From Candidatus Multivoradales bacterium (GTDB taxonomy: Bacteria > Acidobacteriota > Thermoanaerobaculia > Multivoradales > Multivoraceae): a stretch of 64,000 bases of DNA. The stretch lies in assembly GCA_965223325.1 (NCBI GenBank), contig CBDCWI010000002.1, positions 864,001 through 928,000 on the forward strand, in the 5' to 3' direction. Shown here piece by piece: positions 1 through 9,819 of this stretch (position 1 is the stretch's first letter; each line of letters starts with the position of its first letter). The position numbers and the translations under genes are program-made. The notes beneath the pieces are model-generated. The model was not told where the DNA came from. It worked only from the letters and a program-made list of their open reading frames with translations, and made no database searches.

Positions 1-319
1 TCTCCGGGGAGGCTGCGTCCCACACCGCCGGCGCGAAGTCGCAGCGCCCGAGACACGACGCGGGCAGAGCAGTGGCACCGGAAGCCGTGAGTTTCGCGAG
101 GTGGTCCTGGCTGCCGGCCAGGCGGCATGACAGGCCCTGGCAAACCCGGGCACCGGCATCGGGCTCGGCGAGGAGATGGTAGAAGGTCGCCACGCCGTAG
201 ATATCTGCCGCTGGTACACCCGTCTCGTGATGCACCCGGTCAACCGTTCCGGGACGAAGGCCCCCATGAGCCTCGAGGCAGAGGGGGACCGTTTCTCTCT
301 GTGCCTTCTTCGATTCCAT
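1..319 (-). CDS. NuoE-like [2Fe-2S] thioredoxin-fold subunit (NAD(P)H oxidoreductase subunit E or N-terminus of an E/F fusion); partial, runs off window
   Basis: Not in ORF track. Manual translation from ATG at 319 gives MESKKAQ...ADIYGVATFYHLL...RVCQGLSCRLAGS...SCLGRCDFAPAV, with the VATFY motif and four Cys ligands (CxxxxC...CxxxC) typical of NuoE/HoxE/FdsG. Confidence 0.8.
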   Translation of the reverse strand, partial: MESKKAQRETVPLCLEAHGGLRPGTVDRVHHETGVPAADIYGVATFYHLLAEPDAGARVCQGLSCRLAGSQDHLAKLTASGATALPASCLGRCDFAPAVWDAASPE

Positions 320-608
320 TGCGTCTTCGGTCCTAGGAGGTCGAGCCTACTGCACAGACCCCGGAGAAGGGCCTTGGATGACGAACCGTAGCCTCTGCCC
401 ACCGAACCGATAACCTTTGCTGTCGCCGCAGTCTCGGCTCTGGCTCAGCACCCCTTTCATCAGCATCGAGTCTCCTTCGCCAGCCTCTTAGAATCCTCAT
501 GACAGTCGTCCATGCGTCACCGGGCCGCGCACGGCCTTTTGCAACCCGCCTCGCGATCGCCCATTCTTCGATCACACTCTTTCTTCGATCACTCTTTCGA
601 CGTGCCTC

Positions 609-3593
609 TTGCTGGCTTCTGCAGCTCCGGCACAAGAAGACCCGACGCAGCTTGCGGAGGCAGCCAGCTTCGCCACCCTGCTCGAGACTCTGCGCTCTGA
701 GCCATTGCGGGTCGAGCAAGCCGTTTCCGCCGACGATCTCCGACTGGCAGCCGGCTCGGCGGTCTTCGAGGTCGACCATGGGGTGCTCTTCCCCGCTCCA
801 GCAATCGCGGAGCGTCCAACCGAGTTCGTCTTTCTCGGCAAGGCGACCCTGGTCGTCGAACCGCCAGACGCCATCGAGGCTCACCAACTCGCAGTCTTCA
901 CCGGTTCCCGACGGCTCGAACGAAGAATCGAAAGCGCGGTTCTGGCGATCACACTCGACCAGGCCGTCGACGCGATCCTCAGACGCCCGACTGCCGCACC
1001 GAGCCCGCGCCAGCAGGAAACCGCGCGGCGCTGGCTGGCCCAGTGGCGCGACTCCACCGAACGCCGCACCCTCCAGGTCGATACGGCACTGATCGCCGAC
1101 CAACTCGGCGACGCCACCATCGAGGGCTTCTTCGCCGGCTGGTTCGAAGACGACGCCGACCGCTTCCTCTACCGAGTGGATCCTCGTGATCACGAGCAGG
1201 TCCAGCTCGGGCGCTTCGTGCCTCTAGAGCTCACCGAGCGTGAAGAGCGGCAGATCAGCCGCATGATCCGCCGCGGCCAGCGTCGCGGTCGCTGGATGGA
1301 CGCTGAGGTCGACCGCCTCGGTGAGTTCGACGTCTGGATGGCGCACTCCCTACGGCGCAACGAACAGCCCGTTCCGGGCGCCGCCGCCTTCGAAGCCAGG
1401 CACTACCGTTTCGAGGTCACCATCGAGAGCAAGACCGAGCTCAGTGCGAGCGGCGCGATCGAGATCGAGGCCCTCCCCAACGCCGGGCGCTTTGTCACCA
1501 TCCATCTCGACTCCGACCTGCGCATTCAGTCGCTGCGCCACCGTGGCCGAGACATCGCCTTTTACCAGGAACTCGCCACCACGACGGCCATTCTTCCGGC
1601 GCCGCCGGCAGCCGGCGAACGACTGGTGCTGGAGGTCGAGTGGGCGGGCAAGGCCTTCGAGAAGTCCGAGGCCGGCGGCGATCGCTCGTACCTTCTCAGT
1701 TCGACGATCGCCTGGCATCCACATGTCGGCAGACGAGACCTGGCGACCTACGACGTCACCTACATCTACCCGCGACGCTGGCAGCTGGTGGCCGCTGGAA
1801 CTCTCGTCGATCACGGCAGCCGCGGCCGGGCTGACTTCCAGCAACGCCGTATCGATCGCCCGACGCACGGGGTCAGCTTCCAGTTCGACCGCTTCTTGAC
1901 CTTCGAACGGCGCGTCGGGCACATCGACGTCACCCTGGCCATCGACTCTTTCAGCCGGGGCATTCTCCAAGGGGAGACCTTGCTCGACTGGATCGAGGGC
2001 GCGATCGTCTTTCTCGAGGCGACCTGGGGCGAACTTGCGACCGACCACCTCGAGATCGTCACCGCGCCGCAGTTCTTCTCGCAGGCTCTCGACAGCTACG
2101 TGACCCTATCGACGTTCATGATCATGGACGACCGCAGCTTGGCGCTCGAAGGCTTCGAGGACCCGCAGTCGGTCGTAGCCCATGAGCTCGCTCACCTGTG
2201 GTGGGGCCACTCGATCGCCTGGGACGGCTATCGCGACCAGTGGTTGAGCGAAGCGCTGGCCGAGTATTCGGCCAATCTCTATCTGCGTCGCGAGCATCCC
2301 GAGCGCCTAGGCATCTGGAGCCGACCCGGCGACCACTGGGTCGCGGCATCCCGCGACACTATCGACAACGGCATGCGGGTCGAAGAGCTCGGCCCAGTGG
2401 TGATTGGAAACCGTCTCGGCGGAAGCTTCTCAGAAGACGCATACCAGACGATCGTCTACACCCGCGGAGCCCTGGTCATGGACCACCTGTCGCGCCTGAT
2501 CGGCGAGGACGGTTTCACCCGGACCCTCCGCTTCATCAGCACAGAGTCAGGCCTCCTGGAACTGTCGACTGCCGCCTTCATCGACATCCTCGAGCGTGCC
2601 ACTGGGCTCGATCTGGCCGCTTTCGCCGAGTCGATGGTCTACGGAACGCACACTCCCCGGGTCGATTACCGTTGGCGGAAGGAACAGCGCGACGACGGTT
2701 GGCACCTGGTTGGCGAGCACTGGCTCACCGAAAGCCTGCGGCAGAAAGTCGCCGTCGTTCCGCTGCCCGGCAGGCAAGGGGTGTTTGATGTCCGGTCTGT
2801 GCTGGTTGCTGATTCGGCGCCGCCCGACGGTCTCGAAATCGCTCTGCCGATGGAAATCGGTGTGTTCAATCCCCAGCTGACGGGCGGCAAAAAGAGAAAA
2901 CGCCTTGCCCGTCGCGATAGGCAGAGTGACGGGCCCGCGTTAGCCAACCACTTGCACCGCGGCGTGATGAGGGTCAAGAAAGAACCCACCACTTTCGACA
3001 TCAGGCTTTCGAATGAGCCGCTGTCTTTTGAGCTCAACCCTCGTGACGCCGGCCTGGCACACACCTACGATCTCAACGACCAGAGCCGTAGGGGACACCT
3101 CTGGGCCTACCGAAGGGCCGAGGCGGCCGGCGATCATGAAGCGGCGCGAGAACGCCTTCGCGCCCTGGCAACCACCGGGGTCGAGAACCGCGAACACCTG
3201 CAGGACTTCTTCGTCGTCCACGCTGCTCTTCTCGAGGCTCAGTTCGACATGAATCTCGGTCACCTCGACGCGGCAGCTCAAAAGATCGCCGCGGCGGAGC
3301 GCGGTTACAAGAAGCTCGAGCGCAACGAGCGCGATGCCTTCGCAGAACGCATGCTGGTGGCCCGGGCACGCTTGAGGTTGCTCGAGGGCAAGTGGAAGCA
3401 GACCCTAGAACTGCTGCGCGAGTTCGTCGTCGATGACGAGCTCTGGGAATCGCCGATGGCGCCACTCCTCCTGGCGGAGGCGGCGCGGCGCTCCGGAGAC
3501 TCTTCGGTTTTTCGTCAGGCCATTGGGCAAGTCGAGGATCGCCATGGCGACACCCTCGATCTGTGGCGCCTCGTGAGCGAAGAGGCTCCCTGA
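609..3593 (+). CDS. M1-family (gluzincin) zinc aminopeptidase, secreted, with C-terminal TPR-like helices
   Basis: HELAHLWWG...WLSEALAEY (HExxH-x18-E) and downstream YTRG. True start is probably ATG 499 across a 2-nt frameshift (see findings). Confidence 0.85.
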   Translation: MLASAAPAQEDPTQLAEAASFATLLETLRSEPLRVEQAVSADDLRLAAGSAVFEVDHGVLFPAPAIAERPTEFVFLGKATLVVEPPDAIEAHQLAVFTGSRRLERRIESAVLAITLDQAVDAILRRPTAAPSPRQQETARRWLAQWRDSTERRTLQVDTALIADQLGDATIEGFFAGWFEDDADRFLYRVDPRDHEQVQLGRFVPLELTEREERQISRMIRRGQRRGRWMDAEVDRLGEFDVWMAHSLRRNEQPVPGAAAFEARHYRFEVTIESKTELSASGAIEIEALPNAGRFVTIHLDSDLRIQSLRHRGRDIAFYQELATTTAILPAPPAAGERLVLEVEWAGKAFEKSEAGGDRSYLLSSTIAWHPHVGRRDLATYDVTYIYPRRWQLVAAGTLVDHGSRGRADFQQRRIDRPTHGVSFQFDRFLTFERRVGHIDVTLAIDSFSRGILQGETLLDWIEGAIVFLEATWGELATDHLEIVTAPQFFSQALDSYVTLSTFMIMDDRSLALEGFEDPQSVVAHELAHLWWGHSIAWDGYRDQWLSEALAEYSANLYLRREHPERLGIWSRPGDHWVAASRDTIDNGMRVEELGPVVIGNRLGGSFSEDAYQTIVYTRGALVMDHLSRLIGEDGFTRTLRFISTESGLLELSTAAFIDILERATGLDLAAFAESMVYGTHTPRVDYRWRKEQRDDGWHLVGEHWLTESLRQKVAVVPLPGRQGVFDVRSVLVADSAPPDGLEIALPMEIGVFNPQLTGGKKRKRLARRDRQSDGPALANHLHRGVMRVKKEPTTFDIRLSNEPLSFELNPRDAGLAHTYDLNDQSRRGHLWAYRRAEAAGDHEAARERLRALATTGVENREHLQDFFVVHAALLEAQFDMNLGHLDAAAQKIAAAERGYKKLERNERDAFAERMLVARARLRLLEGKWKQTLELLREFVVDDELWESPMAPLLLAEAARRSGDSSVFRQAIGQVEDRHGDTLDLWRLVSEEAP

Positions 3594-3691
3594 ACCGGCT
3601 ACCGGCCAGAACCTTTCCCCCCCACGCCAAAGAGCCGTCGCCCGGCCTCAGTGAAGCTGGAACGACGGCTCGCATGGCGGAGCAGGAACCG

Positions 3692-5221
3692 CTAGACGTG
3701 CGGACCGCCGGTCGAACGACCGGTCGCCGCTACTTCGATGCGCTCGAGGTAGCGCTTGGCGATGTCGCGACCACCGATCCCGAAGGAGATCGCACCGGCC
3801 ACCGCCACCGCGCCCAGGGTCAGCCCGAACGCGAGGTTGATGATGTCTTCCGCGACGTCGATCTGACGAAGCGCCATGGCACCGGCGAGAATGATGATCG
3901 CCGCGCGCGCCACCGTCGACAGAAGGCTCGCCTGGGTGAGGCCACTGGCCTTGATGGTGCGAGCTGCCAGATCAGCCAGGTAGAGGCCGACTCCGAAGAC
4001 CACCACACCAAGTGCGACCTTGCCCAGAAAGACCGTCAACGACGCAACCAAGGCCGCCAGAGTGCCGAACTCGAGCAGCTCGAGCGCCTCGATGGTGGCA
4101 AACAAGAGCACCGCGATCATCACCAGAGTGCCGACCAGAGCCGACGGCGTGCGCGCCTCGGAGGAAGCGTTGGCACCGAAACCAACCCGCTCGAGCAGGC
4201 GGTCGAAACCAATCGCGGTGAGCAGCTGCGTGACCAGACCCGAGACCAGCTTGGCAACGACCCAGGCAAGCAGGAGCAGCACACCAGCCGCGAAGATGCG
4301 TGGGATGGCCTCGAACACGGTCTGCAGCATCTCGCTGGCCGGGCCACTGACAGCCTCGAGCTTCAGCGCGTTGAGGCCGGCGATCAAGACCGGGATCAGA
4401 ATCAACACGTAGACCGTAATGCCGACGATCGACGAAACGCTCTGGCTGCCGAGCGCCTTCTCCATCCCCACCCGCTGACCGAGCTGGTCAGCGCCCGAAG
4501 CCATCAGGAGGTTGGTGACAATGCGGCGCACGACGCGGGCGATGAACCAACCGATCGCAACGATGACCGCCGCAGCCATCAAGTGCGGCAGGAAGTCCAT
4601 GAGCTTGCCGACCAGATCGTTGACCGGCTCGAGCAAGCCGCGTAGCTCGAGGGTGCCGAGAATCGCCGGCAGGAAGAGCAGCCAGATCAGCCAGTAGGCA
4701 GTGTCGGACAGGGTGCGCGACAGCGGCTGCGGGCCACCACCCTCTTCGATCGCGTCGGAGTCGTCGTTGGTCGCGTCGCCGATGCGCTCGTCGAAGCGCG
4801 ATGCCTCGAGGGCGCCACGGACCGCGAACCGCACACCGGTCGCGACGGCCCAGGCGATCAGTGCGAGAAGACCAGCAGCGAGAATCTGTGGCAAGAAGCT
4901 GAAGATCTGATCGAGGAAACCGCGGAACGGCCCCGAGACAGCCGACAACTCGAGGACCTCGAAGAAGCCCACCAGGACGACCATCATCATCACCCAGAAG
5001 ACCACCCGGCCGAAGAGCCTCTCGGCGTCGGGCGCCCGGTCCTTGCCACCCAGGGCGGCGGCGAGCTTGTTGTCGAGCGTGGTGTGCGAAAGGGCCTTAC
5101 GCGCCAGAGCGGCAACCAGGAGGGCGACCAGCCAGCCACCGATCAGGACGGCGACCGCCATCAAGAGCTGCGGCGCCTGGGTCTCGAGCGTTGCCCGGAT
5201 CCCATCGATAAATTCGTTCAT
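3692..5221 (-). CDS. Mechanosensitive-channel-related membrane protein with repeated conserved TM-helix units (CmpX-like)
   Basis: Repeated FLPxIxAA...IGWxIA units; C-terminal AFGLTLGAVAVAGAISFGIGGRDIA. Confidence 0.8.
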   Translation of the reverse strand: MNEFIDGIRATLETQAPQLLMAVAVLIGGWLVALLVAALARKALSHTTLDNKLAAALGGKDRAPDAERLFGRVVFWVMMMVVLVGFFEVLELSAVSGPFRGFLDQIFSFLPQILAAGLLALIAWAVATGVRFAVRGALEASRFDERIGDATNDDSDAIEEGGGPQPLSRTLSDTAYWLIWLLFLPAILGTLELRGLLEPVNDLVGKLMDFLPHLMAAAVIVAIGWFIARVVRRIVTNLLMASGADQLGQRVGMEKALGSQSVSSIVGITVYVLILIPVLIAGLNALKLEAVSGPASEMLQTVFEAIPRIFAAGVLLLLAWVVAKLVSGLVTQLLTAIGFDRLLERVGFGANASSEARTPSALVGTLVMIAVLLFATIEALELLEFGTLAALVASLTVFLGKVALGVVVFGVGLYLADLAARTIKASGLTQASLLSTVARAAIIILAGAMALRQIDVAEDIINLAFGLTLGAVAVAGAISFGIGGRDIAKRYLERIEVAATGRSTGGPHV

Positions 5222-5667
5222 GAGAGCTTTCTCCTCACAGCCAAGCCGGTGCCCCTCCTCGGGCCTCGGACTTCGCTCGGATTCAGTGAAGTTTCAGACA
5301 GCCTCCATGCACCAGCACCGACAACGAGCAGAACTCCTGAGGTCGGGCGGCATGTGGCCAGGCGAAGAAACGGGTTTGTGACTATGGGGCTAATATAACT
5401 CTGACCAGCATCCGACCCGAAAGTCACACTTCCCGTCGAGAAACGTTCGAAGGGCAGGAAGAAGCTTCGAAGAGCAGGACAGTGTGTCCCTGTCGAAGAG
5501 GGGTCGGCCTTACGATCGACCCGAAATGGAGATCCGACCCTCGGCAATACAGATAGAGCGATACGCGGAGCCGACGGCCCACCGCACCCGGCTGGCTGAC
5601 CCGCCGTTCTCGACCCCGTCTGCCCGAACCTCATCGCTGGAGTCCGTACGACCATCAGGAAGAAGAC

Positions 5668-6072
5668 ATGACCGCCAGGAAAAAGCAGCAATCGAAGCCG
5701 AAGAGAACCTCCCGCCGTGCGGGCCGAGACCGCGGGTCGAGCCTCAAATCAGAACGCATCATTCTCGGAGCCCGGAGCTCCGGGCAAGACGACGGCCGGC
5801 TGACCCAGAAGGCCATCAGAGCGGGTCTTCGGGTCCTCGGCGGCTGGAAGCACAAGGTCAAAGCGAAGCAGATCGAGCGTCTCTATGTCTTTCCGAGCTT
5901 CGTCGCCGCAGTGCGCTTCGTCGCCTACGTCGCCGAGCTCGCCGAAGCCGCCGATCACCATCCCGATATCGACATTCGCTACAACAAGGTACGACTTGCC
6001 TTGTCGACTCATTCCGCTCGAGGCATCACGGCGAAAGACCTCGACCTCGCGCGTCAAATCGACAACCGGTGA
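5668..6072 (+). CDS. Pterin-4-alpha-carbinolamine dehydratase family
   Basis: DHHPDIDIRYNKV...THSARGITAKDLDLA motif; basic N-terminal extension; RBS-like AGGA upstream. Confidence 0.85.
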   Translation: MTARKKQQSKPKRTSRRAGRDRGSSLKSERIILGARSSGQDDGRLTQKAIRAGLRVLGGWKHKVKAKQIERLYVFPSFVAAVRFVAYVAELAEAADHHPDIDIRYNKVRLALSTHSARGITAKDLDLARQIDNR

Positions 6073-6107
6073 GCCCAGAAAACGCCCACCACTCACTTCG
6101 GAGATTG

Positions 6108-6563
6108 ATGATGACCCGGAATCCCTCGAGAAAGTTCCTGCTCACTGGTGCTCTACTCACAACAGCTCTTCTCACGGTCGCGCTGTTTGCCTCCTTGTCT
6201 TCGCCGCTCCTCGCCGAGGGTCCTGGCGCTTACGAGCTGCGGGTCTACCACGCGGCTCCCGGCAAGATCGATGCGCTCCACGCGCGCTTTAGAAACCACA
6301 CCATCGAACTGTTCGAAAAGCACGGCATGAAGGTCGTGGGCTTCTGGGTGCCTACCAACAAAGAGGGAACCGAAGGAGACGGCAGTGACCGCCTTCTCTA
6401 CATCCTCGGCTACGACGACCACGCCACGCGCGATACCGCCTGGAAGGCTTTCGTCAACGATCCGGAGTGGAAGAAGGTCTACGCCGAGTCGACGGCCGAC
6501 GGCCGCCTGGTCGAGAAGGTCGAATCGACCATGATGTCGCCGACCGACTACTGGTCACCCTGA
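6108..6563 (+). CDS. NIPSNAP family protein with signal peptide
   Basis: YELRVYHAAPGKIDALHARFRNHT...WKAFVNDPEW...SPTDYWSP; GGAG RBS before ATG 6108. Confidence 0.85.
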   Translation: MMTRNPSRKFLLTGALLTTALLTVALFASLSSPLLAEGPGAYELRVYHAAPGKIDALHARFRNHTIELFEKHGMKVVGFWVPTNKEGTEGDGSDRLLYILGYDDHATRDTAWKAFVNDPEWKKVYAESTADGRLVEKVESTMMSPTDYWSP

Positions 6564-6623
6564 ACTGGAGCTCGGCTGAACCTTTCTGGATGGGGCCCCA
6601 CCACCAAGGACAGGCAACCGAGG

Positions 6624-7601
6624 TCAGACGATCGAGCTGCCAATCGAGAGGTCGTTCTCGCGCGCGAACCGTGCGGCAGCGATGGTGTCGCCGTTCTTGA
6701 GCCGCAGGCGCTGAATGCCAAAGACCGTGTTGTTGTTGCACAAAACCGCCAGCCGACCGGAACGCAGTCCGAGGTAGGTGCCGGTGTCGCCGTAGGTGGG
6801 CTTGAGCCACTCGACCGGTGCGCCCTGGACGATCTCTACCCGGCTCGCCTGAATGAAGACCTCGAGCCCCTGATCGGGAAGGTATGCGCGCAGCCGGTTG
6901 TAGACGTCCTTCGACTCCAACCACCAGGGTGGCTTGCGATGCCGTCTGGTGATTCCGGGGCTCTTTGAAGCGCGGCGCTCGTCCTGGCGCTTGGGAGCGA
7001 TCTTCTTTCCTTTGCCCGCCAGCCGATCGACCGTTTCGACCACCAGCTGGGCGCCGAGTTCGAACATGCGAGGCGCCAGCTCACCATAGGTCTCGTCGGG
7101 TTCGATGTCGACTTGCTCCTGGAGCAAGATGGGACCACCCCAGTCTTCGTCTTCCAATTGGAAAGTCGTCACACCGGTTGAACGTTCGCCTTCGGCGAGC
7201 ACCGAACGAATCGGCTCGCCGCCCCGGTAGCGCGGCAGGTAGGACGGATGGAGGCCGACACAACCGAGCCGCGGTACGTCGAGAATCTCCGTTGGGAGGG
7301 GCTCATCCCAATTTGCGGTCAGAACCAGGTCCGGTGGATCGGCGATCAGTTCCTTCACCCACTGGCGGCGATCTTCCTCCTCCGGGTATTTGACCGGAAC
7401 ATCGTTGCGCTTCGCCCAGCGCGCAACCGGCGACGTGCGGGTGCGCTTGCCGGTCTCGGGATCGAGCAGGCGACGGGTGAACACCTGGCTCGGCGTGTAG
7501 CCGGCCTCGACCAGAGCGTTGAGCGCCGCGAGTGCAAAGCGCTGCTCGCCGAAGAAGGCGAGGCGCCCGAGGTCACCCTTCTTTTCTGCCTTACCTGCCA
7601 C
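6624..7601 (-). CDS. Methionyl-tRNA formyltransferase-like protein (Fmt paralog, degenerate active site)
   Basis: HPSYLPRYRGGEPI and TGVTTF..GPILLQ motifs, Fmt length and C-terminal domain; catalytic Asn and Asp positions appear substituted. Confidence 0.75.
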   Translation of the reverse strand: MAGKAEKKGDLGRLAFFGEQRFALAALNALVEAGYTPSQVFTRRLLDPETGKRTRTSPVARWAKRNDVPVKYPEEEDRRQWVKELIADPPDLVLTANWDEPLPTEILDVPRLGCVGLHPSYLPRYRGGEPIRSVLAEGERSTGVTTFQLEDEDWGGPILLQEQVDIEPDETYGELAPRMFELGAQLVVETVDRLAGKGKKIAPKRQDERRASKSPGITRRHRKPPWWLESKDVYNRLRAYLPDQGLEVFIQASRVEIVQGAPVEWLKPTYGDTGTYLGLRSGRLAVLCNNNTVFGIQRLRLKNGDTIAAARFARENDLSIGSSIV

Positions 7602-7958
7602 GTCTTCCCCCTCTAATGCCGGCAGAGGGTATCAGTCCGCCCGTTCGGGTCGCGCAAGCAGCTGTCGGCGCCCTCCTCCCTTCTAGGTGGCCACGCACAA
7701 TTCTTCGCCGCTTCTCACGCCAGACGAGGCCCGCACCCCGAGAGACGGAACCTCTTCGCTAACAACTCCATCGCGGAGACTCGAAATCGCGTTGCCAGTG
7801 AGGCAGATCTTTGACTCCAACTTCGGCTACTAGATGGATCAGGAACGCCCACAGTGCACACTCGCAGCCATCCTCGGAATCACCGACCCTCCGGCCAAGG
7901 CCGTATCTGCCGTTAAAATGGCCTACCAGGTTACCTTCTGCCAGGACACCGTATTCGA

Positions 7959-8003
7959 ATGACGGAGTCTTCTGCTCAGCTTCTGAACAGAAGAGTCCGT
8001 CAT
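7959..8003. other. Long near-perfect hairpin
   Basis: ATGACGGAGTCTTCTG (7959-7974) pairs with CAGAAGAGTCCGTCAT (7988-8003) with 1 mismatch, plus an inner TCAG/CTGA stem. Confidence 0.6.
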
Positions 8004-8059
8004 GCCCGCTCGAAGCTACCGGTTCTCAAGGTAGGCGCACCTACGCGCCTCGACCGATC

Positions 8060-8690
8060 AGCCCCTTGACGATCGCCCTTCGTGCAGCGCATAGGGGACA
8101 ACCGCACGGCTCCGGCAAGACGCAGCCGCCTGATACAACCCTACGCGCTCTGCTAGCGGAGACAGCGGCTGCGCCATTTCTGCAGGAGGAGACCACTGCT
8201 GCCAGAACAGTTCAGTACAGTCCTCGCGGGCGCAGCCGTAGTCCGTTGGCTCAGCCGGCCAGACGACAGTGTCGTAGACCTTCGGTCACCACCGGTTGTA
8301 ACTTGGACACTTTCACCGGTTTGGATTGGACACTCGTAGAAGTGTCCGACAGATCGTCGTCGTAGACGCTGTGCGTAAGTGTGTGAAGGGCCGACGGGCG
8401 AGAGCCCGAGGCGCTTTCCAAGGGCTGAGGGAATCTCGGTGACCCGAGTGGCTCAGTCATCGAGAGCTCGGGCTTGTGCCCGGAGATCTCGACACCCACG
8501 GAAAGGAGGCCGAAACCGACTGACGAAAGTGTCCAATCCTCGTCGGTGTTTCTGTCCAAAATGAAATCGGTGTTGACAACGTCGTTCCCTGAGCGTCCAC
8601 CGTGGACGTGACAAAGACCACGCTGACTCCGATCACGAGCAGGGTTCTGGTGACATACCCCCTCAAACGACGATAGGGCCGCGGGCTCAT
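8060..8690 (-). pseudogene. Probable frameshifted remnant of a secreted protein
   Basis: ATG 8690 overlaps the stop of the 8687 gene (ATGA) and encodes a signal-peptide-like start (LLVIGVSVVFVTSTVDAQ). Protein-like sequence then continues only in other frames. Lower boundary approximate. Confidence 0.4.
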
Positions 8691-9307
8691 CGGTCCAGCC
8701 CCCGCAACGCGTTGTCCAAGGCATCGCGGAAACCAGTGTCGATCCTATTCATCAGTTCGAAATCGGGTCCGCCGGTGGTGAACACGATCGTGCCAGCGCA
8801 TTCGTCTTCGACCGAGGCCTCGATGAGAGAGGTGTCAAACCCCGAGTTACGGAGATCGCGAAGAAACTCGCCGTAGATTCGACCGAGAGAACCCGCTTTC
8901 AAAGCGGCGTGTTCGCGCTGTACCTCGACCACCTCGGCACCCGAGATTTCATCGGCCTTGAAAGCCTCTGTTGCGGCACGTACCTCCGTTGGGGTCTCCT
9001 CTTGCCGCAGGATCTGCATCTCCGTAAGGAATGCGAAGAACCTTCGCTCTTCGGGCTCTCCTTCCTCCAGGCCGATCAGGTCGAGCATCCGTCCGAGGCT
9101 GACTCCGCCGGCCTGATAGCAGAACCTCGCAATCTGCGTGAAGTTATCGAGACACATCGAGAGCGGTAGCTCCTCAGGAGCGTACTCATATGTGTGGGCG
9201 GCATCTATTTCGGGCCGAGATTCACGTGCTCTTTGCTCCTGCGCGGCGGCTGTTGACGCCAAAGCAAGTAGCGACACTCCGATCGTGGCAACAGACGAAA
9301 TCCTCAC
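8687..9307 (-). CDS. Hypothetical secreted protein
   Basis: 206-aa ORF with signal peptide (LLALASTAAA-Q); acidic; no motif recognised. Confidence 0.6.
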   Translation of the reverse strand: MRISSVATIGVSLLALASTAAAQEQRARESRPEIDAAHTYEYAPEELPLSMCLDNFTQIARFCYQAGGVSLGRMLDLIGLEEGEPEERRFFAFLTEMQILRQEETPTEVRAATEAFKADEISGAEVVEVQREHAALKAGSLGRIYGEFLRDLRNSGFDTSLIEASVEDECAGTIVFTTGGPDFELMNRIDTGFRDALDNALRGLDR

Positions 9308-9819
9308 ACGGGACTCGTTTCACAGCGTTTTCCTGAGGGGCTCCGGGCTGTTGTCTGACACGGGGAGCGTGAACCGCCCGGAACTTTCCTGTACCGCAGT
9401 CTAAACGATCTGTCAACTCTCTTCGAGACTGTTACAACCCTGCGCGTTGGTGAACCTCCCGAGTGCTACGCCCGTGTGCCTTCCACGACCCGACCGGCAG
9501 CAGCCCTGGAACCAAGCCGCCTTTCTAGAAGGTTGGGCTCTCGGCCACCAACGTCAAGGCTTCTTCGCTGCCGCACCGTCGGTATCTCGGGGGCCGCCAC
9601 TCCTGGCCCTTGAGCCTCCGCCTCACCCGATCGATGATCCCAGGGCGTCTACCAGGCGAAGACTTGTTGTCGGCCGCCCTCGGGAGGAAGCGAAGCGCTC
9701 GTGCCTGTTGAGGAAGCGCTGAGCCGCAGCGTTGGTCGCTCGACTCATGAGAGGTAGCCGAGGACGCGTGTAGGGTAGGCAGAAGCAGGACGCCAACCGA
9801 TCGAACCAGAGGAGCCCGC

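Noticed and set aside
3563-4645. Long antisense or alternate-frame ORFs (e.g. 3563-4645, 11636-13210, 15258-16553, 31561-33057, 54070-55470)
   Set aside because: Shadow ORFs of real genes in high-GC DNA, with no motifs
5230-5660. Riboswitch or ncRNA in long intergenic regions (also 330-500, 25830-26010, 34140-34260)
   Set aside because: Some stems are possible but no recognisable aptamer consensus; an Infernal/Rfam scan would be needed
7757-7800. attC-like GCTAAC...GTT string
   Set aside because: No convincing L-box pairing or R' consensus; single occurrence
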